Source of the DNA: Selenomonas ruminantium | GTDB lineage: Bacteria; Bacillota; Negativicutes; Selenomonadales; Selenomonadaceae | Direction of reading: 5' to 3' | DNA length: 53,722 bases | NCBI GenBank assembly: GCA_902785885.1 | Contig: CADAAS010000002.1 | Coordinates: 1 to 53,722, forward strand | Shown: in pieces, positions 39,097 through 48,896 of the stretch | Layout of the letters: each line of letters begins with the position of its first letter | Position numbering within the stretch: position 1 is the stretch's first letter | Notes under the pieces: generated by a model | Seen by the model: the letters and a program-made list of their open reading frames with translations, nothing else | What the model was told of the DNA's origin: nothing | Databases searched by the model: none | Program-made: the position numbers and the translations under genes

Positions 39097-40284
39097 ATGA
39101 CGCGGAAAAGGATTATGGCAGGAGTTTTGGCTATGCTGCTGTCGGGGGGATTTTTTTGTCAAAGTCCTGCAGCAGAAGCGGCGATTGTACGTGGGAGTGC
39201 TGCCATTGTAAATGGCGATATAGCCAAGGCAAGACGAGAAGCCAAAGAGGATGCAATGAGAACCTGCATAGAACAGGAAGTTGGGACCCATGTAAAAAGC
39301 AGTACGGAAACAAGTATGGGCATGCTGGTAAGTGATCGCATTATGGCTGAAGCTGATGGCTATGTTATGGCTAAGGGGCAGCCTCGCGAGTGGCAGGAAG
39401 GTGGCCTGTTCTTTGTTGAATTGGATCTTGTTGCTAGTGCACAGAAAATAGGAGTTGCAGTAGAGGATGTCAAATCCCAGTTGCAAAACGCGCTTAATGC
39501 GGATACCACAGGGCGGTCACATGTAGTTGTGGCTGTTAGTGGCCGAAATGCTGAAGGTCATTTGGAAAATAACAACATGACCAATATCATCAGTACTTAT
39601 GTGGCCCAGGCCTTGTCGACACAAGGCTTTACTACGCATGATACGGATGCGGTGGCTGCTTATATTGCCCGGCAGGATTTTGATGATCCGATTGCTCGGG
39701 CAAATGCCAGAAAAGAAGTTCGCAATGAAATGCCTGATGTGAATGCTATTTTACGAGGGTCTTTGTCAACTGTTAAAGTGGAACACGTTGGTGGCAATTG
39801 GGCAGCGACCGTTAGTGCGGCGTTTCAGTTGGTAGGGATTGTGTCATCAGAAACAAATTCTTTCTCGGAATATTTCACTGCAGTGGACACTGACAGGGAA
39901 ATGGCCATAAAAAAGGCACAAGAAAGAGCTACACAAAAAGCTATAGCACATATAGGCTCAAGAGCGGCGGAAACAATGCAGGGGGAAACTAAAGGCGGTG
40001 TGCTGCACCTAAAAATTGCCGTTCATATCAGCGGCGTAGTTGATAGGACAGGCCAGGGAAAGGCTATTTTGGCTGGCTTGCAAAATTCTGGCTGCCGTGT
40101 TATTCGTTCCATGTATGATAAAAAAGACCCCACAACGTTGAAGGTTTTTGTGGATGCTAGTTCGGTTGGGTCCTTGCAGGAACTAATTGATAAAATACAG
40201 GGACAGTTGCCCATGCTAGAAGAAGGGGACAATGATACAGATGCAGCTGGTGCACAAAAGTTATACTTCCGTTTGCGTCGTTAA
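39097..40284 (+). CDS. Exported protein with flagellar assembly protein T (FlgT) N-terminal-like domain, TolB-N/CsgG-like middle domain
   Basis: Signal peptide AEA-A; VRGSAAIVNGDIAKARREAKEDAMRTCIEQEVGTHVKSST pattern. Confidence 0.7.
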   Translation: MTRKRIMAGVLAMLLSGGFFCQSPAAEAAIVRGSAAIVNGDIAKARREAKEDAMRTCIEQEVGTHVKSSTETSMGMLVSDRIMAEADGYVMAKGQPREWQEGGLFFVELDLVASAQKIGVAVEDVKSQLQNALNADTTGRSHVVVAVSGRNAEGHLENNNMTNIISTYVAQALSTQGFTTHDTDAVAAYIARQDFDDPIARANARKEVRNEMPDVNAILRGSLSTVKVEHVGGNWAATVSAAFQLVGIVSSETNSFSEYFTAVDTDREMAIKKAQERATQKAIAHIGSRAAETMQGETKGGVLHLKIAVHISGVVDRTGQGKAILAGLQNSGCRVIRSMYDKKDPTTLKVFVDASSVGSLQELIDKIQGQLPMLEEGDNDTDAAGAQKLYFRLRR

Positions 40285-40297
40285 GAGGGGGATGACC

Positions 40298-41155
40298 ATG
40301 TGCAGAATATTGGCGTTAATATCATTGATGATAGCTTTGTTCTCCAGTACAGTTTTTGCGAAACCCATGGACATTATGGCCGTGGGGTTCGATAAAGCTG
40401 GCAACGAGAATATGGCGATAGAAAGGATGTGTATGGCAGCGGTTGGGCACAGCCTGGCTTTTATCATACCGCCTAGCCAGGATCCAGGCAGTGACTTTGT
40501 TCGTTTGATAAAAAATCATTACAAGGAAGTGACCTCTAATCCACAGGTTAAGAACAAAAAAAATGGTCCCCCCTTGGTTGTTACAGGATATGTAACCGTG
40601 GATTTTGATCGTTTAAAGTCTATTGTCAGAACTGAGATAAAGGGGGTACAGAATGATAATACGGATGCAGCTGCATGTTTTTTGATTAGGGTTAAGGGGA
40701 TTGATAATCCTCAGCAACTACGCCATGCATATGGTGACATTATTCAGACATACAGTGCAGTTTTTGAAAATCTTGGCTTCAAGGTGAAAGCTGGAGAGGA
40801 AGTTACGCCAGAGGTACTTAAGGCATCATCGGAAGAATCTTTTGATGACTATTGCCGCAGGGTAAGTGAAGCTGCAAAGGAGGATGTGGAGATAACTTAT
40901 GCCATTGTTGGAGAGATTTCTGTGGAAAAGTTGGCTGAGTCACCTGCGGGAATAACCTGGGGGAGCAGTGCGCATTTACAAGCACGGGACTTTACGACTG
41001 GCGGGGACAAGATTATCTTTGATTTTGGCGATGATTATAAGTTGAAGGGGCGAGGCGAGTTAATTGGCTTTTTTGCCATGCGTAAAGCTGCCATGAATTC
41101 ATCTCGTGCTTTGGCGGAACATACATTGGCCTATTGGAAGTCAATGCGAAGATGA
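40298..41155 (+). CDS. Exported hypothetical protein, possible distant paralogue of the FlgT-N-like protein
   Basis: GAGGGG RBS; signal peptide VFA-K; FENLGFKV...YAIVGEI...LQARDFTTG pattern. Confidence 0.7.
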   Translation: MCRILALISLMIALFSSTVFAKPMDIMAVGFDKAGNENMAIERMCMAAVGHSLAFIIPPSQDPGSDFVRLIKNHYKEVTSNPQVKNKKNGPPLVVTGYVTVDFDRLKSIVRTEIKGVQNDNTDAAACFLIRVKGIDNPQQLRHAYGDIIQTYSAVFENLGFKVKAGEEVTPEVLKASSEESFDDYCRRVSEAAKEDVEITYAIVGEISVEKLAESPAGITWGSSAHLQARDFTTGGDKIIFDFGDDYKLKGRGELIGFFAMRKAAMNSSRALAEHTLAYWKSMRR

Positions 41156-41177
41156 TGTAGAAAGGGTTGTGTAAATC

Positions 41178-42011
41178 ATGTTTTTGCAATTTGGTCGTAT
41201 TTTGGGTGCGGTTTTAGCGGTATTGGCATTGAATGTTATGCCTGTTTTTGCCGCAGAAGGAAATGTGGACTGGGATAGTCGCGTTATTACAGTAACTGGT
41301 ATGGGGGCGGCACCGACTAACGTCGTGAATCCAGCACAGGCAAGGATGATGGCTCGCCGTGCGGCCGTGGTAGATGGCTATCGTCAATTGGCTGAAGCGG
41401 TCAAGGGCGTTAACGTAGATTCAGAGACTACGGTTGAAAATATGATGGTGACCAGTGATGTGATAAAAACTAAGGTTTCGGGGTTGATTCAAGGTGCATC
41501 GGTAGTAGCGGAACAGGTGATTCCTGGTGGCGGTTACGAGGTTACTATGCAGATGCCGATGTTCGGTGGCAACAATTCTTTGGCCAGTGCAGTAATGCCG
41601 GCGGCGCAGGCTGCCCCTGAGGCTTTTCCGGCACCGGCTTCCAATGGGTCATCTGCAGCTGATGCACCCGCTGGACATGCGGAAGGTGTTTATACTGGCT
41701 TAGTTGTTGATTGTCGTGGCTTGGGCTTGAAGCCAATTATGAGCCCGGTTATCAAGAATGAACAGGGCAGCCCGATATACGGTTTTAAGAATCTTGATTA
41801 TGATAAGGTGATTCAATACGGGATGGCTAGCTACAGCAATGATCCTGCCAATGTTGCAAGAGCTGGCGCGCATCCATTGGTCGTTAAGGCTGTAAGGGTG
41901 GAGAACCATAATGGTTATCCCGTGATTAGCTTGTCTGATGCCAATAAAGTCCTGATTGAAAATGGGGCAACGCATTTTTTGGATGCCACTTGTGTAGTAT
42001 TTATCAGATAA
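41178..42011 (+). CDS. LPP20-like exported protein (paralogue 1)
   Basis: VDWDSRVITVTGMG, ARRAAVVDGYRQLAEAVKGV, TGLVVDCRG; signal peptide without lipobox Cys. Confidence 0.75.
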   Translation: MFLQFGRILGAVLAVLALNVMPVFAAEGNVDWDSRVITVTGMGAAPTNVVNPAQARMMARRAAVVDGYRQLAEAVKGVNVDSETTVENMMVTSDVIKTKVSGLIQGASVVAEQVIPGGGYEVTMQMPMFGGNNSLASAVMPAAQAAPEAFPAPASNGSSAADAPAGHAEGVYTGLVVDCRGLGLKPIMSPVIKNEQGSPIYGFKNLDYDKVIQYGMASYSNDPANVARAGAHPLVVKAVRVENHNGYPVISLSDANKVLIENGATHFLDATCVVFIR

Positions 42012-42023
42012 GGAGGCTTAGCC

Positions 42024-42803
42024 ATGAATTTAAAAGCATGCGCAGGCGGGGTGATGATAGGCCTTTGGCTGGGAACCTTTGCCCCGAACCTGGCTATTGC
42101 AGAAATGGCTCCTTATGCAGATAAGGGGAATAGCTTGCAGCAGCCGCATGGTCGTATATTCTATCTTTATCGCAAGGTACAAAATGTGAATACAGAGGAG
42201 CACAAAAACAAGGCAAGGCAGTTAATCATGACAGGGCAGGATTATTCTCTGGCTTTGGCAGAGCTCAATTTGGTTATCGACCTGGATAAGGAAGATGCAG
42301 AAGCGTTTCTTTTAAGAGGCTTGGCCTATACAGAAATGGACAAATTTGAGGAAGCTGAAGCTGATTATAAGGCAGCCCTTATGCTGGAGCCAGAAAATCC
42401 CACGTTTTATTATTTTCGTGGACAGAATTTTCTCCTTTGGCCAAGTTCAGGAAGTACCACGGGCACAAATTTTACAGGCCAGTACGATTGGGTCTCCACG
42501 CACAAGGTACAGGCATTGGAAATGTTCCAAAAGGCCTTGGAAATTGAGCCGGGGTATATTGATGCCATTGTAGGCATCGGCGACGTTTGTTATACAATAG
42601 GGACCAAGAAGCAAGAAATGTTGCGTGGCAAGGAGCCATGGCTTGGAAAGGCAATTGACCAATACAATAAGGTCCTGGTATTGTTTGGCAATAATGATGT
42701 GATAAAGGCTAAAAAGGAACTTGCCGAGCAAACGCTTAGGGCAGGGCAAGAAGCTGAGCAGGAGAGAAAGAGGAAGGAGGAAATCAGGAGTAGAATAGGG
42801 TAA
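42024..42803 (+). CDS. Exported tetratricopeptide-repeat protein
   Basis: AEAFLLRGLAYTEMDKFEEAEADYKAALMLEP, ALEMFQKALEIEP; signal peptide AIA-E. Confidence 0.85.
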   Translation: MNLKACAGGVMIGLWLGTFAPNLAIAEMAPYADKGNSLQQPHGRIFYLYRKVQNVNTEEHKNKARQLIMTGQDYSLALAELNLVIDLDKEDAEAFLLRGLAYTEMDKFEEAEADYKAALMLEPENPTFYYFRGQNFLLWPSSGSTTGTNFTGQYDWVSTHKVQALEMFQKALEIEPGYIDAIVGIGDVCYTIGTKKQEMLRGKEPWLGKAIDQYNKVLVLFGNNDVIKAKKELAEQTLRAGQEAEQERKRKEEIRSRIG

Positions 42804-42854
42804 AGGCATAAGTGCTTGATAGTAGGAGAGTTTGCTAGTAGGAGGATGTAGAAG

Positions 42855-43829
42855 ATGAAAAAAATGTCAATAATCAGGTATCTATTGTTAATGATAGTGG
42901 CCGTAATGCTGGTATTGCCAGGAAGTATTGTCAAGGCATCTGGGGTTGACTGGAATGATGCCAAGATTAGGGTCCAAGGCATGGGAATTGCACCAGCCAG
43001 GGCAATGAATCCTGCGCAGGCAAGAATGATGGCTCGGCGTGCGGCTGTGGTAGATGGTTACAGGCAATTAGCAGAGGCTGTGCAAGGGGTAAATGTAGAT
43101 GCGGAAACCACAGTAGAAAACATGATGGTAACCAGTGATGTTATAAAAACCAAGGTCAATGCGATGATTAAGGGCGCCAGGGTAGTAGCGGAAGGTGTTA
43201 CGCCTGATGGTGGTTACCAGGTTACTATGGAAGTATCCATGTTTGGTGTATCAAACTCTGTGGCACAGGCTGTTATGCCGAAACCCGCTGCTGTTGAAGC
43301 TTTTCCTGCTCCGGTAGCATCAGTAGCTCCGGCGGTTCCGTCCGTAAGCGTTAGCGTGAATGTCAATACGAGCGTAACACCGGCGTCCAATCTGCCGGCA
43401 AATCCATCTATCCCGGCAGTTACGGTACCTGCAACTCCGGTTAGCCCGGCGCCGGCACCACAGGCACCTACTCAGCCTGCAGTTAGCAATGCTGGGGCCA
43501 TTGGTGGATTTACTGGATTGGTAGTTGATTGCCGTGGCTTGGGGCTGAAACCTGTTATGAGCCCTGTGATAAAAAATGCTGAGGGCCAGGCTATTTATGG
43601 CTATAAGAACCTTGATTATGATAAAGTGGTTTCTGAGGGCATGGCGGCATATACAACCAGCCCGGACAAGATTTCGCGTGCTGGCAGCAATCCGCTGGTA
43701 GTGAAAGCTGTTTCGTTGGATAACCACAATGGCAACCCTGTCATTTCTGTAGCAGATGCAAATCGTGTATTAATGGAAAACGGCAAAACAGCTTTCCTGG
43801 ATAACTTAAAAGTTGTGTTCCTGCGCTGA
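42855..43829 (+). CDS. LPP20-like exported protein (paralogue 2) with long Pro/Ala/Val linker
   Basis: Long identical blocks with 41178-42011 (NPAQARMMARRAAVVDGYRQLAEAV, ETTVENMMVTSDVIKTKV, TGLVVDCRGLGLKP). Confidence 0.75.
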   Translation: MKKMSIIRYLLLMIVAVMLVLPGSIVKASGVDWNDAKIRVQGMGIAPARAMNPAQARMMARRAAVVDGYRQLAEAVQGVNVDAETTVENMMVTSDVIKTKVNAMIKGARVVAEGVTPDGGYQVTMEVSMFGVSNSVAQAVMPKPAAVEAFPAPVASVAPAVPSVSVSVNVNTSVTPASNLPANPSIPAVTVPATPVSPAPAPQAPTQPAVSNAGAIGGFTGLVVDCRGLGLKPVMSPVIKNAEGQAIYGYKNLDYDKVVSEGMAAYTTSPDKISRAGSNPLVVKAVSLDNHNGNPVISVADANRVLMENGKTAFLDNLKVVFLR

Positions 43830-43851
43830 TTAGGCAAAACATAGCAATAGA

Positions 43852-43886
43852 GATAACGCCCATCATTTCGTTAGATGGGCGTTATC
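43852..43886 (+). terminator. Stem-loop after second LPP20-like gene
   Basis: GATAACGCCCATC-loop-GATGGGCGTTATC; weak T-tail. Confidence 0.6.
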
Positions 43887-43911
43887 ATTATTCGTTTATG
43901 GAGGTGGAACT

Positions 43912-44625
43912 ATGAACATTTTTAAAATGCTTATAGTGGTTATGGCGTGCCTGTGTATGGGGATGGGGTGTGTCCTGGGAGCAGCAAATGATAAGCTGGC
44001 AGGAGAATATGATCGCAAGACTGGGACAAACTGGTATTTCCCGGGGTTGAAGGTAACTTATGAAGTTAGTGATAATCAAGTGGCGGAGATTATACAGGAC
44101 AAAAAGGGACAGTACATTGTACGCTTTATTGGGGCCGGCGATGTATATGTACAGGCAACATTTTATTCGCAAGGAAAGCCATTGCCTCCGGAAACATATT
44201 TGTTTCATATAACGGGGGATAAAAAGGGTGAAGATGCCACGGATTGGGGAACCTTTGCCATGGATATTTTGCGCCTTACTAATGAAGAACGTAAAAAGGC
44301 AGGATTGTCGCAATTAAAGGCAGACTTTGCCTTGTCGGAGGCAGCGGCCATTCGTGCTGAAGAGGCTGTGCAGTTATATTCACATACTCGTCCTGATGGA
44401 AGCCCGTATAATACTGTGTTGAAAGGCATAAATTATCGGCAAGCTGGAGAGAATTTGCAGGCAGGGGCGGCTACTCCCAAGGACGCGATATACCAATGGA
44501 TGAATTCGCCAACGCATAGGGAAAATATACTTTATCCAGATTATAATTCCTTGGGGGTAGGGTATATTTATGTACCAAATAGCAAGTATCATCATTATTG
44601 GGTGCAAATTTTTTTACAAAAATAG
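43912..44625 (+). CDS. Exported CAP (SCP/Tpx-1/Ag5) domain protein with Ig-like N-domain
   Basis: NEERKKAGL, SHTRPDG, AGENL, WMNSPTHRENIL, YWVQIF. Confidence 0.9.
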   Translation: MNIFKMLIVVMACLCMGMGCVLGAANDKLAGEYDRKTGTNWYFPGLKVTYEVSDNQVAEIIQDKKGQYIVRFIGAGDVYVQATFYSQGKPLPPETYLFHITGDKKGEDATDWGTFAMDILRLTNEERKKAGLSQLKADFALSEAAAIRAEEAVQLYSHTRPDGSPYNTVLKGINYRQAGENLQAGAATPKDAIYQWMNSPTHRENILYPDYNSLGVGYIYVPNSKYHHYWVQIFLQK

Positions 44626-44634
44626 GAGGCTGTT

Positions 44635-45396
44635 ATGTGTAAGTGCTTGGTTTCATTATGCATTTGCTTGTTGTTATCTACCTATGCATCGGCAGAGACT
44701 ATAGTCAGGCATGAGCATTCGGCAAGGAGGGCAGCATCAAGTGAACCAACAACATCTGCTGAAGTTGTTGGTTCGTATTCGCCTGTTGAAGTTGTTGATT
44801 CGTCTGCTGGGGAGAGGGATGCTGATGACGTGTTGGTGGTGTATGGTCCTTTAAAGGAGCCTGCACTTGATGTTCCGGAAAATAATGGAGTTGTGGCGGG
44901 AGAAGAGATAGGGGAAAATCGTGTAGACAAATTCCTCGGGGATTATAGCGGCAAAGATAATCCTGGCTTGAGGAGAGGCAAGGACAATGGGGTTGATTAT
45001 GTTGATAGTATTTATTTGCTAGGCACAGATGCTGGCAGGGAGGATTATGTTATAGCCCTTCGTAAACAGCTAGAACATGAAAAAAGGCAAGCGACTTATG
45101 TCTCGTTTATTATGCTCATGGGGCGTGGGGCAAAAGATGGCGTGGTATTTGAAACAGATAAGCTGCCCCAGCTGGAGTTGTTGAATAATGGCGTGGAAAA
45201 AATAGTTTCATTTGAACATGCCTGGGTTAAGCAGCCATGGGGGTTTATGTTAAGAATGAATTCAGAAATAATGACAGAAACGCTAAATGCAGATATGGTT
45301 AACCTTTTGTTTGGCACATCGGTGGGAACGAAGAAAATACTTATTCCGAAGCCAGTTATAGATCAGTGGAAAGTGGTTGGCAATTTACAGAAATAG
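44635..45396 (+). CDS. Exported hypothetical protein
   Basis: AGGAGG RBS; signal peptide ASA-E. Confidence 0.72.
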   Translation: MCKCLVSLCICLLLSTYASAETIVRHEHSARRAASSEPTTSAEVVGSYSPVEVVDSSAGERDADDVLVVYGPLKEPALDVPENNGVVAGEEIGENRVDKFLGDYSGKDNPGLRRGKDNGVDYVDSIYLLGTDAGREDYVIALRKQLEHEKRQATYVSFIMLMGRGAKDGVVFETDKLPQLELLNNGVEKIVSFEHAWVKQPWGFMLRMNSEIMTETLNADMVNLLFGTSVGTKKILIPKPVIDQWKVVGNLQK

Positions 45397-45497
45397 TATC
45401 ATCCGATACGGATCGCAAGTGAATTAGTACCTGCTTTCAAGACATGCGTATCCTTTTCTGCTATAATGGGGTGTGGTTTTTATGAAAGGATGACAAT

Positions 45498-46460
45498 ATG
45501 AATCAACATAGAATCACTCCCTTGACGGAGAGCGGACTCTTGACGGCGCTGAGTGTGGTGCTGGCACTGATGGCGGTTTACTTGCCGTTCATCGGCTTTT
45601 TGCTGGTGTTGTTTTGGCCTTTGCCGCTGATTGTTTTGGTGGTGCGCCATGGCTTGCGCTGGGGCGTTATGGCAACGGCAGTCGCTGGCATATTGGTGGG
45701 GATGTTAGTGGAACCATTGTTGTCGCTGCGATTGGTCATTGCCTTTGCCCCGGCAGGATTGCTTTTAGGCTGGGCCTTTGCCCAAGGCTGGCCAGGCGTG
45801 CGGTCGTTTATGCTGACACTGCTGGCCGCTATTGCCGGACAGCTGGCGGCAGTCGGACTTTTGCTGTTGGTGACGGATGTGAATCCGCTGGCCATGCAGG
45901 TGGATCTGCTGCAATCGTCCTTTGACTCAACACTGCAGGTTTATGAAGGATTGGGCATGAACGAGGCGGATTTGGCGCAGGCACGCTCAGATATTGAGCA
46001 GGGGCTGAAGATGCTCAACTATCTGTTCCCGCTGGTCTTTATCCTGATGGGGGTCCTTTATGCGGCTGCCGCCTATATTTCCGGCAGCAAGGTGCTGCGG
46101 CGGCTGGGGCATCGTGTGCCGCAGTTCCCCGCCGTTCATGAGTGGCGTCTGCCGCAAGGCTTTTTGTACCTTTTCGGCTTTGCGCTGGTGGGGCTTTACT
46201 GGGGCGGAACACGGCAAATCATGTGGCTCTATCAGATTTCACTGAATGCCAATGCGTTGGCGATTATTGCAGGATTAGTGCAGGGGATAGTTTTGGTCCA
46301 TTGTTTGTTCCGGCATTTTAAGGTAAAGCTGTTCCTGCGTATTGTATTTTATGTGTTTATTTTGATGAATCCCTTTTTGGCACAGGTTACAGCAATGACG
46401 GGGCTTATCGATATGCTCTTTGACTATCGGCAGCGCTTTGCCGCCCGTAAGCAGAAATGA
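45498..46460 (+). CDS. yybS: YybS (DUF2232) membrane protein
   Basis: LTESGLLTAL, PLPLIVLVVRHG, GLIDMLFDYR; synteny with gdpP-rplI. Confidence 0.87.
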   Translation: MNQHRITPLTESGLLTALSVVLALMAVYLPFIGFLLVLFWPLPLIVLVVRHGLRWGVMATAVAGILVGMLVEPLLSLRLVIAFAPAGLLLGWAFAQGWPGVRSFMLTLLAAIAGQLAAVGLLLLVTDVNPLAMQVDLLQSSFDSTLQVYEGLGMNEADLAQARSDIEQGLKMLNYLFPLVFILMGVLYAAAAYISGSKVLRRLGHRVPQFPAVHEWRLPQGFLYLFGFALVGLYWGGTRQIMWLYQISLNANALAIIAGLVQGIVLVHCLFRHFKVKLFLRIVFYVFILMNPFLAQVTAMTGLIDMLFDYRQRFAARKQK

Positions 46461-46470
46461 GGTGCGCTAA

Positions 46471-48480
46471 ATGCCACGAAATCTTTCGGCGTGGATCGAT
46501 TTAACTATACATTTGCTGATCATGCTGATTCTTATCGGCGTGCTATCCTACTACAATCTTTACATTGCTGCCATTGCCGGCCTGGTATGGCTGGCGTTGG
46601 CCTCCTTTGCCCGGGAGCGTTGCGCGGACCGCTCACGGCGGTTTGAGCGCTATTGCCGCAATGTAGTGCGCAATATCAATGAAATGCTCAATTATGCCGT
46701 GGATGAACTGCCGCAGGCCATTATGATTGTCAATGAAGATGGGCGCATCCAGTGGTGCAATGACCGCATGGAAGCTTATTTTGGCAAGAAGCCGGAGCAG
46801 GATACCGATGTGAAGGATTTGCTGCCCGGGATTATCGTTGCACCAATCTGGGGACAGGAAGGCGAGTATGTCTTTGCGAATTCGGATAGGTATTATCATG
46901 TCTACTATCATCCAGTGCAGATGGCGCCGCGACAGGAACCATTGATGACGCTGTACATCCAGGATGTGACCAGCCATGAGCAGCTAAAGAATACCTTTCA
47001 GCAGAGCCGTACGGTGCTGGTGTATATCCAGATTGATAACTATGACGAAGTCATGCAGGGGCAGACGGAGGCAGAACGTACTTCCTTGCTGTTGGCGGTT
47101 AATCAGACCATAGACAAGTGGATGAAAAATCTCGGCGGGTTTATGCGCAGGATTAATGAGGACCTCTATGTGGTCATTTTGAATCGTGCTGGACTGGACC
47201 AGGCCTTGAATGATAAATTTGATGTGCTGGATAAGGCACGGCAGCTGCAGAGTACCAACCGCCTGCCGGTTACCCTTTCCATGGGGATTGCGGTAGCGGA
47301 AAACCAGACCATGGCTGAGCTCGGCGCGCAGGCGCAGGCTGGCTTGGACTTGGCCTTGGGGCGCGGCGGCGACCAGGTGGCCGTGCAGATGAATGGCAAG
47401 ACGCAATTCTTTGGCGGCAAGGCCAAGGCCGTGGAAAAGCATACGCGCGTAAAGGCCAGGGTGGTCGCGCATGCCCTGCGGGAAATCATGGAAGGTGCCG
47501 ATGAAATCTATATCATGGGGCACCATAATGAAGATTTTGACTGCTTTGGTGCGGCTATGGGCGTGGCAAAAATGGCCCGCCAGCTGGAAAAGAGCTTTCA
47601 TATTGTCCTGTCCGACATGAATGACGGCATTGACAAGTTCCATGATTTGCTTAAGGACAAAGAAGAATATGAGGGCGTATTTGTCCATGCAATGGACGTA
47701 AAAAATTCTACGGCCTTAAGCCCGGTGCTCATTGTGGTCGATACCCATATTCCGCATTTGGTCGCAGACCCCACGCTCTTGGAGCGTGTGCATCAGGTGG
47801 TCGTTATTGACCATCACCGCCGCAGCGAGAACTTTATCAAGAATCCGTTGCTGGTGTACATTGAACCGGGTGCCAGCTCCACGAGTGAGCTGATTACGGA
47901 ACTGTTGATGTACTTTGGCGAGGATATCCGCCTGGGACGGCTGGATGCAACGGCGCTCTATTCCGGCATTGTGGTCGATACGAAGAACTTTGCGATACAG
48001 ACTGGCGTGCGTACCTTTGATGCCGCGGCCTTCCTGCGGCGCAGCGGTGCTGACCCCGTGATGGTGCGCCATCTGTTCCGTTCCGACTACGAAACGACTG
48101 TGGCGCTGGCGAAAACCAAGGCTCGGGCAGAGCTTTTCCCCGGTGGGCTGATTATTTCCACCATCCCGGAAACGATGCCCAATATTCAGGTTATCGCAGC
48201 GCAGGCTGCAGATGGGCTTTTGCGCATTGAAAACGTGCGCATGAGCATCTTGATTTTCCAGCTTACTGAGGACACCATCGGGCTAAGTGCCCGCTCTACT
48301 GGTGACCTCAATGTGCAGGTCATCATGGAGGCTTTGGGTGGCGGCGGCCACCAGAATGTGGCCGGCGCGCAGGTTAAGGGTGCTTCTTTGGCGGATATTA
48401 AAGCCAAGGTTATTGAAATCAGTGAAAAATATATAGAGGAGAATGATAAAGATGAAAGTGATTCTGCAGCAGGACGTTAA
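46471..48480 (+). CDS. gdpP: Cyclic-di-AMP phosphodiesterase (TM-PAS-GGDEF-like-DHH/DHHA1)
   Basis: DNYDE, RGGDQV, DFDCFG, IDHHRR, GGGGH. Confidence 0.93.
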   Translation: MPRNLSAWIDLTIHLLIMLILIGVLSYYNLYIAAIAGLVWLALASFARERCADRSRRFERYCRNVVRNINEMLNYAVDELPQAIMIVNEDGRIQWCNDRMEAYFGKKPEQDTDVKDLLPGIIVAPIWGQEGEYVFANSDRYYHVYYHPVQMAPRQEPLMTLYIQDVTSHEQLKNTFQQSRTVLVYIQIDNYDEVMQGQTEAERTSLLLAVNQTIDKWMKNLGGFMRRINEDLYVVILNRAGLDQALNDKFDVLDKARQLQSTNRLPVTLSMGIAVAENQTMAELGAQAQAGLDLALGRGGDQVAVQMNGKTQFFGGKAKAVEKHTRVKARVVAHALREIMEGADEIYIMGHHNEDFDCFGAAMGVAKMARQLEKSFHIVLSDMNDGIDKFHDLLKDKEEYEGVFVHAMDVKNSTALSPVLIVVDTHIPHLVADPTLLERVHQVVVIDHHRRSENFIKNPLLVYIEPGASSTSELITELLMYFGEDIRLGRLDATALYSGIVVDTKNFAIQTGVRTFDAAAFLRRSGADPVMVRHLFRSDYETTVALAKTKARAELFPGGLIISTIPETMPNIQVIAAQAADGLLRIENVRMSILIFQLTEDTIGLSARSTGDLNVQVIMEALGGGGHQNVAGAQVKGASLADIKAKVIEISEKYIEENDKDESDSAAGR

Positions 48481-48895
48481 AAAATTAGGCAAAAAAGGTG
48501 ACATTGTGGAAGTTTCCGAAGGCTACGGTCGCAACTTCCTCCTGCCCCGCAAGGCAGCAGTGCTGGCCAATGCCGAGAATATGAACGTGGCCAAGGCACA
48601 GGCCGGTTCCAAGGCCCGCAAGGAGGCCATGGCTACGGATGAAGCCAAGCTTATGGCAGCGCAGCTTGAAAAAGTGTCCGTGACCATTCCGGTAAAAATC
48701 GGTGAAAATGGCAAGCTCTTTGGGTCCGTTACGGGCAAGGATGTGGCAGAAGCCCTGAAGAAGGAAAAGATTGACATTGATCGCCGGAAAATCACCATCA
48801 AGGGTGATGTGGTCGGCACAGGTGAATACGAAGCCGTAATCAAGGTACATCCTTCGGTTACCAGCACCATCAAGGTCAATGTAGTGGCAGGTTGA
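48452..48895 (+). CDS. rplI: 50S ribosomal protein L9
   Basis: MKVILQQDVKKLGKKGDIVEVSEGYGRNFLLP, KLFGSVT. Confidence 0.97.
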   Translation: MKVILQQDVKKLGKKGDIVEVSEGYGRNFLLPRKAAVLANAENMNVAKAQAGSKARKEAMATDEAKLMAAQLEKVSVTIPVKIGENGKLFGSVTGKDVAEALKKEKIDIDRRKITIKGDVVGTGEYEAVIKVHPSVTSTIKVNVVAG

Positions 48896-48896
48896 T

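Noticed and set aside
43290-43495. Low-complexity Pro/Ala/Val/Ser coding stretch
   Set aside because: No nucleotide tandem repeat; treated as a protein linker
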